Shown here: one piece after another, positions 40,601 through 54,199 of the stretch
Layout of the letters: each line of letters starts with the position of its first letter
Numbering within the stretch: position 1 is the first letter of the stretch
Assembly: GCF_001194135.2 (NCBI RefSeq)
Contig: NC_068995.1
Location: 53,775,951-53,839,950, forward strand
Source: Octopus bimaculoides
Taxonomy: Eukaryota
Length of the DNA stretch: 64,000 nt
Reading direction: 5' to 3'
Notes under the pieces: generated by a model
Seen by the model: the letters and a program-made list of their open reading frames with translations, nothing else
What the model was told of the DNA's origin: nothing
Databases searched by the model: none
Position numbers and translations under genes: made by a program

Positions 40601-42526
40601 TCTCCTTCAAACTCTGGAATTTAATTCTATCATTAGGAACTGAATATAATTTTCTACAATATATTTTAAATTAGCTTTGTAGCACACATGCTGACGACAA
40701 GGAATGTGCGGGAAAACATCTTAAAACGCGTTTTCGTAGCCTAGCATTATTTTTATAGCAAACATTATTTCTAAAAACCACTACTGTAAGCGCTAACATT
40801 GTTAGAGCAAGGATTTATAAAGTAAATCTAGTAAACAAGACACAACAATGACGCACCTAAATTTAATTTAATATTTTAACCTTGCCTTTATTTTTATATC
40901 TGTTATCATATGAGCTTCATTTTGTTAATTCTCTTGGAGACGATAAACTACGTAGAGGAAAAATTGGTTTATTTTTTCAATGCTTTACAATCTTTCACTC
41001 TCTAGAGATTCTGAAGTGTTAGACAAATCAGTTGCTAATTATATCCATCTACTTTGCATAACATTGCAAGCGCTGAAAACGTGGATAATTAATTGAGAAA
41101 CCAATTTCTCCGTGGTCTTGAAGTGAATATCTTGCATTACATTTCATATTTTGATCGCTGTGTACAGTGCATCATTAATGAATTATCCACGTAACCTGCA
41201 CATTCATTATTATGCAAATTATATGCTTTGATTTAGGTGTGTTTGCGTTTGTAAACAATAACTAGCTATATGCCACTAATCTCTCCGTGCAGAGAAAATG
41301 AAATTTATTTCACCTATAAAGTTCGAAGAAGACAATAGTCTATTCAGATTATTGTCAGGTTCCCGGCAATTCAAAAGATGCGCTGTAATCACTTAGACTT
41401 TTCCTAATAAAGCTAATATCTTAAGCTTATCAAAAACAGTATACTTTACATTTTACATTTCATATTATCCCAAGCATAGTATATGTAGCGAATTATCAAC
41501 TAATTACATTCTCTGCACATATGTAATTTTGGACGACTTTGCTGTCTCTTCGATGAGGAGATGTGTGTACTAATCAATGAGGAAAATGTATGAGAAACAT
41601 TAGTAGATTGTTTTTTAGTAATTTAGCCACGAAATAAGATAGTGCCATTAAGCCTTTACACAGCCTCCAAGAATCTAAAATGATGGGAAGAGCTAACTAG
41701 TGCAATATTTGTACGTTGGGTATTATTTGGTCTAGGCCCTTTTGTATATTTCAGAAATTCTATCGGGGTCTATGTTGATATAGGGAGCAACATAGTGAAG
41801 TATGGTGTTTTGCTGAATGTTTTTCTAGAGAACATGATTTTCCTTTGTGGTTGGGTATTTGATGACCTCTTTCTAGCATATTGGATATCCACCTAGTGGC
41901 CATCCCTTCTTATACGAATGTATATATATATATATATATATATACACGCACATACGTCTATCTACCAACTGAGATCGGATGACATTGACGGAAATGGAGT
42001 TAAGTATATTCTTGATTAAGAAGAAACGTTCTCTCCGAGGTGCTATAGAAACCCCGTTACTGGTTCTGTGTGCACAGTTCTGCCTGTAGCACAAACATTT
42101 TCAGCTGCCTTGTAAACAACCCGTATTTGTGAGTGAGTTATCTTTATTCTCCTCTCACTCACACTACAAAGATAATATTTTGTTATTCTATGACTAGGAA
42201 AGTTTAAATTCTTCGCATCGCATCCTTTTGTTGGCGACATATTTATTTCATGTGGAATCCAAGACACTAAATTTTCTTTCCTAAGGCTTTATGTCTAATG
42301 AATTGTTATGCATTCAATGATGCTATTGTTTTCGATTGCAATTACCGAGTTTTAAAGAAAGTAGAGACAGAGACAAATATACACCTAACGTAACTGATGT
42401 AAATATGCGCTCTCTCTATCGATATAGTTTATTGAAGAATCTCATTGAACGAACAAAGAAAACCAAAGCAACGATTTAGTTATTGTGTATTTTGATGAAT
42501 ATTACAAAGTGTCTTAAGAGTGTACA

Positions 42527-42825
42527 AGTCAGTAGAGCGTCCAATAATGTTGCGGAGATTATTTAGTTACTTGCTTATATCTTTCAGTTTCAAATCCCAC
42601 CTGTGTTAACTTTTATCTTCAATATCCAGGGTCCGTCAAATAGCATAAATCGACTTAAACCTTCCTCGAAATTACTAGCTTTGTGTCAAAATTTAAAATC
42701 AGGTTTGCAAACTTATTTAAGGTAGAGAGATGGCAGAACTATTGGAGCATCGAAAATTGGTTTTTGGGACTTCTCATATGTTCCGAGTTTAAATACTGGC
42801 GTGGCCACTTCGCTTTTCCGGAAAT
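42527..42825 (+). mobile_element. Two adjacent highly decayed SINE family A copies
   Basis: TTTCAAATCCCACC...GTTAACTTTT (42588-42613) and AAGGTAGAGAGATGGCAGAACT...GAGTTTAAATAC (42719-42796). Confidence 0.45.
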
Positions 42826-43181
42826 GAACAAAATATATTTAACCTACCTTTAATGGATAAACAGATAATCCCATATCGAACGATTTCAGACTCTATAATG
42901 AATACTTAGCCATCATCATAAAAAATTCCTGTATTTGTACATATACATGTATTATATACATTTGAATACTGAAATAGGTGGCTTACAGTCTTCTTGATTT
43001 CTATGTCTAGCATGTTGGTACATCTCCCAAGTACTCTTTATTATGATTATATATTTTTGTATATTATGATAAGTCTATATTAGTTTTTACATCTGTGGTT
43101 TGAATTGCATGCATGCCACTGGTAATATTATTGCCATCATTATTCTACAATAATAATAATTTTATCCCTTTATATACATAC

Positions 43182-43222
<41 letters not shown>

Positions 43223-44056
43223 AAGTAAAGTTGCGGAACACCGCACGAGTGGAAATACATATGAAAGAAGGTTTGAAAATGCACCCACTTTTCAAAAACA
43301 TTCACTTGCCCAANNNNNNNNNNNNNNNNNNNNNNNNNNNNNNNNNNNNNNNNNNNNNNNNNNNNNNNNNNNNNNNNNNNNNNNNNNNNNNNNNNNNNNN
43401 NNNNNNNNNNNNNNNNNNNNNNNNNNNNNNNATATATATATATATATATATATAACGTACCAGTCAATATTGCGAGTGATGCAACGGATTAACTCTTCCT
43501 TTCAAATTACTGGATCAGTAAATTATTAAGGATTATTTTAATCAATTGTTTTCTTCCGCCAAATTTGTAGACATGCTTCACCGTTTGAAACCATTCATCG
43601 GTGAAGAGGCAGAATTATTGCAGTGATGTAGTGTACACATCCACATTTCAATATCAAGCACCACCTGAAACGACTATTATTAATTATTACTGCAATACAA
43701 AGTATAAAACAAATGCCTGTAATACATGTGATTCGGCTGAATCGATTATATTCTTGAATGGAAAGGTTATACTAAAATTGAAATTTTTTACTGAAATGGA
43801 CGAGTGCAACATTTTGGTTTCATTAGATAGGATTTTGTCTTCCATTCTGAATGAAGTCATCGCTGCTCTTCGTTAATCCGAAGCCATTAAAATGAGCATA
43901 AATAACTGATTCTAGGTCGAAAATCCGCGTTCTTTTGTGAGTTTTAATAATCATTATCGCACCACACCAGCGTCGTCTTGATCGTTGGCGTCGTGTCGTC
44001 GGCGTTGTAGATGTCACCACCGTTTTCTTTTTAACAACTTCAACTAAGTGTCTGAT

Positions 44057-44097
<41 letters not shown>

Positions 44098-45464
44098 GCA
44101 TACACACGCTCATACACACACACGCACATAGATGTATATTTGTTAGTGAACGTTTCATTTGCTTCTGTCTCTACAATTTTTTTTTTATGGTAAGATGCCT
44201 CCTTTGAACGTGTGATATGCGGAGTCATGCTATTTTGAAAAATTTGAAAAGAATACGGGAAATTCTTTGTAAAATATCATCAATTTCACAGGAATAAGCA
44301 ATAGTTATGTTTACCTTTTGGACCGAAAGCGTATGTAATTTCATGGAGCTCGTCGTTTATTTGATGATATAAAGAGAACTCTCGCTTGATAGAAAGAAAG
44401 AAAGGCGAGTAAATAAAAATATGCGAAATAGAATAAGAGTTTACAGAGAATAATATAAATCTGTATAAAAGTGAGATAAAAGTTTAAAGTAACACGTTCG
44501 AACATTGACAAACAAATACTAGATTCTGATCTTTGCAAATAAATACTCAAAGAGAAGCAATAAACAAGTAAATACAATCTAAACAAGCCAAAAAAATATA
44601 ATAAAAATAAAATAGAGGCAAAAACAAGTTAGCAGCATCATCATCATCGTCATCATCGATATCAATAACAACAAATACAACACAAAATTAAAATACTGAA
44701 AACAAAGAGAGAGAAATAATGGTAAACAGTTGAAATAAATAAAAAAAATGGTGAAGAAAAATATATAAAAATAAAAACTTGAGTTTAACTCAATTTGGAT
44801 AAAGAAATGCAAATACACAAATGAAAAATATAAGAAAAAAAATATATTTCCCGTCCAAGTCATGATATTGTCTTATCATTGGAAACGTCAAAGCTAAATA
44901 AAGAAGTTAGAATGGGCGACAGGTTGACGCATCTTGCAGTTGTTAACTGAGAAATCCATTTCAATAACTATTTTATCGTATTTTATATGTATTTTATCGT
45001 ATTGTATATGTAATCACATTAGTTAACGTCGCTTTTCTTTCCTTCACTAACTTCTACAATTTCTGATCTAAATTTCGTGTGTTCGTATCTTCAGCACATA
45101 TTTTATTATGAATGCTTGATTTTGATAATAGTAATATCTTTTTGTTGTTGCTGTAAATGTTTATATCCCCCTGTTCTGTTAATACCTAACTTCCTTATAT
45201 TTACTATCGCTCTACCTCTCTCTCTCTCTCTCTAACTCTCTCCATCTCTCTACATCTCTCTCTAACTCTCTCGATCTCTGTAGCTATTCAATACTTTCTC
45301 ATCAATTTATGACAGATAACCTAGCTTAACCGATGAACACGGCTGATATTTGCATGCGTAGATTATTTCAGTAAACAAACATAATCGTAGATGGCGTCCT
45401 GATGTGAAGAAGTAAACAATTTCTCTCATTTATAGGCGCAGACATGGGTATGTCGTTACGAAAA

Positions 45465-45600
45465 TCACTTTTCAGCCATGTGACTTCAAGTTCAGTCCTA
45501 TTGCGTGGTACCTTGGGCAAGTGTCTTCTACTACAGGCAAGCGAAGTCCTGTGAATGGATTTGCTTGACTGAAAGAAGCCTGTCACACATGTATGTATAT
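45465..45600 (+). mobile_element. SINE family B, 5' part
   Basis: AGTTCAGTCCTATTGCGTGGTACCTTGGGCAAGTGTCTTCTACTA...GTGAATGGATTTG...CTGAAAGAAGCC; contains the CORE-like CCTTGGGCAAGT. Confidence 0.75.
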
Positions 45601-45609
45601 AAGACAGGT

Positions 45610-45725
45610 ACTGCGTCGTCTTCGACGACGCGTGTTCCAGTTCATGAACGAACACACCTGTGCATGAAATTAAATTGCAAGTGGCTGAACACTCCAAAGG
45701 TAAACGTACCCTTAAAGTAGTTCTC
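45610..45725 (+). repeat. Dispersed repeat fragment with GCGTCGTC-TTC-GACGACGC hairpin
   Basis: Perfect 8-bp stem at 45623-45641, followed by GCAAGTGGCTGAACACTCCA...GTACCCTTAAAGTAGTTCTC; resembles a recalled octopus repeat. Confidence 0.45.
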
Positions 45726-45798
45726 AGAACATAAAGACAGACGAGATACCGCTAAGCGTTCCGCCCAGCGTGCTAACATTTCTGCCAGCTCGGCGCCT
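45719..45798 (-). mobile_element. SINE family A, 5' head
   Basis: Minus GGCGCCGAGCTGGCAGAAATGTTAGCACGCTGGGCGGAACGCTTAGCGGTATCTCGTCTGTCTTTATGTTCTGAG. Confidence 0.85.
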
Positions 45799-46210
45799 AA
45801 AAATGGCTTCAATTGTTGAGTCAACACTGATGAGGAAATATTATTTTCGTAGCAGAAGACAAAATTAAAAACAAAGGCAGGTATAGTATAACTTCTTGAG
45901 AAAAATGGATACAAAATAAGTTGAACGGCTTTCATAATAGGAAGACATTCAGAATGCACTAGATTGGTTGTGATGGTTAGGACATAGCTGGCCTTTGTGA
46001 GAGAAATATATGTACTCAAAATGGCTGATGCAAAAAGAAATAGCTACAAACGTTGAGAAATTCCATACCATCACAATTTTAATTTCAATGGGCTGCTTTG
46101 GATTTCGCTGATAAGGATATGTATACTCAATAAATCCAACATTATTCACGTCTCCATGTTTGTCCTTTTATCTATCTCCGCATGATATATATACATAAAT
46201 ATACATATAC

Positions 46211-46242
<32 letters not shown>

Positions 46243-46617
46243 GCATACACACCAGATGTATACCATACGATTTATTGTCTAATATTGTGTGGGTAGTGTG
46301 TGTGTGGGTGGTGTATGTGTGGGTACCTATGTGACGTTATCTATTTACTGTCTCTCACTTCTTTTATCTATCTGCATCTTCATTCCATTTAGAACGATCT
46401 CTACGGTTTATTTATATTTCATTGAATTAATCTACGCCATACTAGTGAAGCTCAAAAGCATAGATACAAACATTTTTGCGATATAGATATATAAGATTAA
46501 AAATATTAAATATGAAACATGCTGCGTTTAATTATATAAACATAACATCTTGAGTCAATAGAGAAGGAAGATAGAGAAAAGATAAAGAGAACATGATTCA
46601 TTTCTTTAATTACGTGT

Positions 46618-46735
46618 TAAGGCAAGGTCGATTCAATGGAGGGAATGAGCTAATGTAGTGCACGTACATTTGATCCTTATAGACAAATCATTTGTGGTGG
46701 TTATTCAGCACGAATTTGTAGAGCAGTCTTTCTTG
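46618..46735 (+). mobile_element. SINE body fragment, probably family C
   Basis: GGCAAGGTCGATTCAATGGAGGGAATGAGCTAATGTAGTGCACGTACATTTGATC...ACAAATCATTTGTG resembles a recalled octopus SINE body. Confidence 0.45.
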
Positions 46736-47964
46736 GTCACACGAGACTCTACAGTAATAATGACGAAGTTGAATATTGAACGCTACTCTACGCTTTACTT
46801 CCACTTTGCTTCAATAATAATGATAATTCGGTGAGTATTATTACTAATTGCTTAGATCAATATCAATATGTTAACGATGCATATGTTTATATTGAAATAC
46901 CGAGGGATGAAAGACCAAAGTCGAATTTAGCGAGATTTGAAATTTGAAAATAAAATGAATACATGAAACTTAATTCTATAATGTATTTAATACAGCATTC
47001 ACTATTCCTTACCACCCAGCGTCATTCTCTAAAACAAATATAACAACTCGATTAAAGTATACCGTTTCAGTAATTCACTTTAATAAATTAAATTTAACAG
47101 CAGCAAAGAGAGTTATTGTATCGCAGTCCTATCCATCAGCTATAATATGACTAAATACTATCAAGTATACATCAGTTTATTAGCCAAAGACATAATGCAG
47201 AGCAAGTGGTTTGAAAATGCCTAATCAGGAGGTTGCCTACATTTTTAGACTCACTTAGTATAACACTACATTAACAACTCCCCAATCTGCTGATCTTCAT
47301 TTCATTATGATTTTCCAAGTAATTCCATGGCAATGTAAATGATACGCAATTAACAAGTACTGAGAGCAATTTTAAGGACGTTATGCCAACTGAGGTCTTA
47401 CATTTCATTATTTGTTTTTTTCTGCCGTGAGCAATGATGGCACAAATTAATGTTGACAAGCAAGTAATAGAAATATAGAGACTCGTATTAAGTAAGATTT
47501 CGATTTAATCAGAAATGTACTTTAGAATAACTTAATGAACCATGGGAAATAGTAGAAACCTGATGCAAAAATTCAATGTGATTATTTTCAAGCAGACACT
47601 AAGCTGGAACAAGACCATTTCAATGAGAGAAGAGCAATTTGGTGAAAAAACAGTACAATTCTTAGTTGCTTCTCCAAATAAATACCCATTCAAGTGAGAG
47701 GAAAGAAATGTAGATTTGATTAATAAAAAAATAACCACATCATTGTACACCTGATATAAACTGTTTGATTTCGGCTGATTGTTCCTGTTCGGTGTTGTGG
47801 AGCTTTAGGCGAAGTAAGACAATGGGAAAAAAAATAATTATAGTATATACACATTTCTTCGTCCTTTCTGCCGAAGTAAAGACGGATAATCCTCTTAACA
47901 TACACAATTCAACATAATCATCATCATCACCATCATCATAACCATCTCCACCCCCATTATCATT

Positions 47965-47998
<34 letters not shown>

Positions 47999-48401
47999 AC
48001 ATCGTCGTCGTTGTCGTCGTCGTCGTAGTTGTACGGTTTCGAACTCTTTATGCTCATCCATGGTGGAGGATACTCGTCCGATAGATACCAGTAGTTCACA
48101 CCAGCTCGCAATATATAGCAAATAAGTGACACCCAATGACATATCGTGCAATAAACAAATTAGCTAATTGGAAAATTTCTGTAAGAGATGAAAGCAGTTA
48201 TTATACTGAGAAGTAATGATTACGGCCACTTAAACATGGTTTAGTATCGTCGGTGTCTACGGAACGGCCATGTTTAAGTGGCGTTAACCATGGTACACAC
48301 ACACATACACACACATACATGTATATAAGTACGTATATACATATATATATATGTATATATATATATACATATATTCATGTATATACATCTACACACACAC
48401 A

Positions 48402-48447
<46 letters not shown>

Positions 48448-50447
48448 ACGTATCTATCTTTGTCTCTTTTGCTGATGTATCGAACAAAATGGGTGGCACT
48501 ACTTTCTCATTCCTGTCTATAAAATGCGAACCCGTGTTTGTCTTTTGGGAAATGTGCAACCAACGGAGCTAGTGTTTAGAAATTTCTCCAAAAATATATA
48601 ATCAAATAGGCTCGATAGTTTAAACGTTTCGACTGTTGTCAAAGAACGTTGGTTAAATACTTGCTGGCGCATGACTACGTGTAGTCATCCATGAGTGATG
48701 ATACTTGTTATAAAATATATTTTTTCCGCTCCACATCCTGTCATTTACGGATGACTGCGCTACGAAACAACGAAAGAATCTTTGAATGTTTTTGCTCAAC
48801 GAAAGTTCCGTTTGTGCAAACCTATAATCAGTTATTTATATAATGTGTTCGTCTGTAGGAAAATGTATTGCCCGTTGTCTTTGCAGGCTTCTTTGGGATC
48901 TGGTCGGATCACTGACTTTTATGTTCTTCTTCATTATTCATAAGGAGAAGGCAACAGATAAAAAAGAAAAAAATCAAGAAGAAATAAGTAAAATGCAATG
49001 AGACACTTCTAGAGGGCCGACGTTGTGGAGAGTAAAGATTGTGTGTAACGTTTAGTGCAGGGCTTAACCTTGAAGGAAACGAGGTCTGCGTTTAAGAAGT
49101 GCGGGATCTACACTTTGTGGGAAGGAATACGCACGCTCTCTCTCGCAGACATGTGCGCACACACCCACATATACGGAGGAAATACTAACCAGGAAAGGAA
49201 ATAAGAGTGGATCATGAACCTTCGACTGGAGCTGACGCCACTGAAGGAGGGTAGAAAATAGAAGAAAAGAGTGACTTTCCATCTTTCCGAACATATTTTA
49301 TATCAGAATACTTGATCCAGTGTTTCCAGTGTTATTTCTAGCAGTTCGAAAGAACCTGTTATGGCTTCCATAATTTCAAGGTATGGTAGCCTTTTATTAA
49401 CGTGAACGTTTTACTAATATCGTAACTACAATGTTTATGACACTCTATTTTTCACCTAAGTTGACTGATATATTTATAGACTCGATCATTCCTGGCTCTC
49501 AAAGACGATAAAACGATTTATTTCCTAATAAGCAAAATGCAATAAATGTATTAACTGCTTCAAATAGTAATAAAGCTTAATATAGAGTTATGACTTAGAC
49601 TATTATCGAAATATAATATAACTCACCGCCATGATAATGTCATCAGAATATAGAGTTAAAGATAAATTTAATTGCTATATTCAATTTACATTTGAGAAAA
49701 ATTATTAGTAAAACAAAAAATGTTTTCCTTTTCTCAGCCGTGTTCGAGCAATTTGTTGATGTTCGACCAAATCAATTATTTGAATCTTCGTGACCAGAGA
49801 TAAGTAATTCACTGAAATGATTTCGAAATGAGACATATTACTATGCTAAGCACAAAGGAATATTTGATGTAACACCGCCAGAAGGTTAAATGTGCAGTGC
49901 TGTCGTAACCGATGAAGTTTTTATCAGTCAGTTCTTCCTACCTTATAATAGTTCTATAAAATTAACTGGACTGGCTTATTTGAGGAAAAGGGGCCTTCGA
50001 TTTGAAAAGAATATACCTTGGGTTATAGAATACAATTTCAGAGATAGTAGTTCGCTTTTAAATGCTCTCTCCACTAGATTAGCTACATTTTCAAGATTTT
50101 GCTTTTGACTAGCCCCAGATTAACCCCATTCTAAAACAGGTCCATGAAAAAAGGTATTCCAATCATGATTATGATATCATAGTGTATCTAGGACTGTATT
50201 ATCCATATTCTTCCAGCTGAAGATGTCGCATTGTGATTAAAGGTAAATTTGACTGGTACGTCCATCTAGTCGTGTAACAACTTAGTTATAGCTTCTCAGG
50301 GTTTACTGTTGCTCTATCCTAACTCATGGTAAGTATAATATCCAGGACTGCATATACGTACTCTCACTAAATCTTCAACGTTTTAGCTTTTCTCGTCCTC
50401 AGAGGGTATAAGTAAAATAATTTAGCTATGAATATTATGCAGCACCC

Positions 50448-50540
50448 AAAGGCGACGAGATGGCAGAATCGTTAGCAAGCCGGATAATATGCTTAGCATC
50501 ATTTGATCCGTCTTTACGTTCTGAATTCAAATATCGCCGT
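50448..50540 (+). mobile_element. SINE family A, 5' head
   Basis: AAAGGCGACGAGATGGCAGAATCGTTAGCAAGCCGG...ATGCTTAGC...CCGTCTTTACGTTCTGAATTCAAATATCGCCG. Confidence 0.85.
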
Positions 50541-51749
50541 ATATTTGTATCTGTATATGTGTGCGTGTTGGGGCTTACTCGTATCAGTACTGGTAAGATG
50601 TAAAATATTTATTTCATGCTAAGTCTACCTATTTAAGATACACGTGCACTGAGTCTTCTGATTGATTTATTTACAAGCGGTATTCAGACGCTGTAAACAA
50701 TTCTTTTAGACTTACTGCAACGTTCGGTTGTGCATTCATTCGAAATTGTACATTTGTAAGAATCACAGTCATGGGTTTGATGGAGAAATCATACAGCTCA
50801 ACTTTCGCTTCGTATTTACCAAGGATAGCGAAAACATGAGTGCTGTACAATAGGACACTTTAATGGAATTTTTTTTCTTGAAAGTTCTTGTAATAACTGC
50901 AAGCGGAGAACTATTTTGCAAAAGTTAAAAGAATATTTTTATGTAGAAAAATGCTCGTTGAGAGGCGGGTTAAACAAATTTATTCATGTTTTTCTGTATA
51001 TTCTGTTTATTTCGGATTTGTGATATTTGATCTTCTGATATATTTAATCTCTAAATGTAGGCCTTTTATCACAGAAATAATTTACCTGTCGATATCTTTC
51101 CCAGCCTTATTAGTAGATGCATTAAATTTGCCAAAAATATTTCTATTACTATTTTTTAACTTAACATTATTATACTCGCTAAGAAATATATATTTTATGA
51201 AAATATTACACGGATAAAATAACTTCCAAAACTATTAAATATTTCTCTCGATGTCACAATAATTTTATATATATATATATATATACAACGAAGAAATTGT
51301 ACCAAATGTATCAATAGATGATGAATAAAGCACATTCGATTACTTGTTGTAATCCGTATATTTATTGCAGGAACTTCGTAGTGGCGGTTGGGTGTACCAG
51401 TATTAATAGAATAGGAGGTGGAATGTGTAATAGACTTTATTGGGTTTCAACACGTTTCGACCCATTCTGGGGCTCTTCGGGTACATCAATAAAAAGTTTC
51501 ACTAGAGATTTTTTAAGATAAATAAGTAGATAGAGGCAACAAAATATATAAGATATAGAATGGAACAGTTGTTGAGTTGTTTTCTTATTTAGATGCAGGT
51601 TAAGGCAGTTCGAGAAGACCGTTTATCAAAGGAGCTAAAGCGATAAACCATCTCCGTTATTTTCCATGTCTAGCGTAACTGAATAACGATAGGAAATGAT
51701 GGCCATTGCTTTAAGGTCCGAAGAAGGGACCATATGGGATGTCATATAT

Positions 51750-51965
51750 TCATTTCTACTCTAGGCAGAACACCTGAAAAAGTGTATCGTGGGGCCTAGT
51801 CTATTATATTGATCCCAGTGCTTAACTGGTACTTATTTCATCGACCACGAAAAGATAAAAGGCAAAGTCAATTTCGGCGCTCTTTGACCACAGGACGAAA
51901 AGACGGATGAAATGCGACAAAGCATTCTGGCCAGCGTGCTAACGAGTCTGTCAGCTCACCACCTT
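51750..51965 (-). mobile_element. SINE family A, near full length
   Basis: Minus AAGGTGGTGAGCTGACAGACTCGTTAGCACGCTGG...GACTTTGCCTTTTATCTTTTCGTGGTCGATGAAATAAGTACCAGTTAAGCACTGGGATC...TGCCTAGAGTAGAAATGAAT. Confidence 0.9.
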
Positions 51966-53019
51966 ATCACATGCTATTTTATGGATGCCCACACGTTTTA
52001 ATATAGGGCAATAATCCCGCCCGCAACTACATTCATATCTACGACAGAAGTTATTAGAACGTGATTTTGAATCTAATCGGACACGAAGATTCTTGGTATA
52101 GCTTTATGAAATTAATATTGGTTATGACCACTGGAAGACGTGGGCATAACTAAATCTGCAATACGGAATGTCGCAATATATCCTTCCTTTTGTAAAACGA
52201 AATGTTTAAATTCCAATACGAGTTGCCTGCTACTTATAGAGGGCAGCGCAACCATGAGTTGGTTCCAAAGTTGTAAAGCAAAGGATACGAAACTGTAAGA
52301 GATGGGCACTAATGAATAAATGATTCGAAGTCTCACGAAACGATATACGACGCATGGTGTCAAAGCAAAAATATAACTCTCACACGGATTTGAATAAAGC
52401 GGTTGTTACTCCTGTGAAAGGAATGCATCGAATTTAAATTGACCTTACAAAATAGCAAACTGTCTACAAAGTGATGTTATAATTATTACATTTAACCTTA
52501 TAGCCTTCTATCTGATAACATCGATTGTTACTTGGAAAGCCAAAGAGAGTAGAAAGAGGGTGATGAGGAAAGAGAGTTAAAGAGAGTGAGAGGGGGAGAG
52601 GGAAAGAGAGAGAGAGAGATACGAGGATTGTCAAAGGCAGAGGAGAAAGCGACATATTTGTAAGTCGAAGTATCAGTGAACACAGATTCTCAATCAACAC
52701 AAATCTTCAATTACGCTCTGTAATTAGAGTAACGGCACTCATTAGCCCGTTTCCCTATTATCTTAATGAAGCCCTCTGATTTACATTGTCTTGCTAAATT
52801 CAATTTCCCTTTAATCGCCCTTATACACGATACTTGGTGGAAAGCTTGTCACGAAAGTAGTAATCGCAACTTATATGAAATGTTAACAACCAAACAAGTT
52901 CCCTATGCACACACACACACACATTTATGTATAGATACATACACACATACTTACCTAATACATACACAGATAACTAATACATATATATTTATTACCTATA
53001 TTTCATTTATAATATAATA

Positions 53020-53193
53020 CATATATATATATATACACATATATATATATATATATATGTCGATATAGGTATGCATAAGTACCTACATACGTACGATATA
53101 TGTTTGCTTATATATATATATATATATATCCACACACACACATACATACGTACAGGCATATACATATATCTATATATACATATATATACATAC

Positions 53194-53284
<91 letters not shown>

Positions 53285-53450
53285 TGCACAAACATGCACA
53301 CACACACAAACACACACAAACACACATGTATATATATGTATGTGAATAGACTTTTACATGTACACTTAGAAGCACGCTCATCCACACACACACACACGCA
53401 CACACATATAGACCCACGCTCACACAGACACACACTCACTCACACACACA
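53020..53450. repeat. Compound (AT)n/(GA)n/(CA)n tract
   Basis: Direct reading. Confidence 0.95.
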
Positions 53451-53719
53451 CACTTCCATCGATAGAGCCAGCTAAGAAGCCAACCAGCTAAGCAAGTTAA
53501 CAGTAGTTCTTTCACCGATTCCAGCGCCAACGATTGGTATTTGCTGTTTGCTATTTGTGCATCACACAAGCGACGCTACTGATGCTGCACTTGCATCGTC
53601 TTCACCTTGGAGACGATTAGTATCAACGTTCGTGATTAAATACTAACAACTCTAACAGTGATTATTACAACTACCAACTATACTTCAACTACTATTGCTC
53701 CTCCTACTGAACTGATACC

Positions 53720-54050
<331 letters not shown>

Positions 54051-54199
54051 CTTTGATAACAACTTTCTGCCTAGTGACATAGGGCAGGTACTGTAGCCTA
54101 ATATCATTGCTTAACTCATCTCCGATTCTGTTCGTTTTCCATTTTTGTATCGATTAATAATAGAGAGAAAATAAAAGTGTTCAGAATACAGATTATATG

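Noticed and set aside
43940-44030. GDIYNADDT on the minus strand, resembling the pogo/Tigger IFNADET motif
   Set aside because: Only about 7 residues match, they are bounded by stops, and no further transposase motifs are present.
45827-45860. CTGATGAG-GAAAT..TTTC; similar CTGA(N)GA hits at 29713, 40692, 50385 and 62467
   Set aside because: Each lacks a correctly placed GAAA or a stem I, so none folds as a hammerhead.
48034-48085. FMLIHGGGYSSD, a carboxylesterase-like HGGG motif
   Set aside because: Stop four codons later, no usable splice sites, sits beside a microsatellite, and no other esterase exons are seen.
52378-52440. tRNA-Glu-like fragment on the minus strand
   Set aside because: No cloverleaf can be formed; only a partial T-loop-like match.
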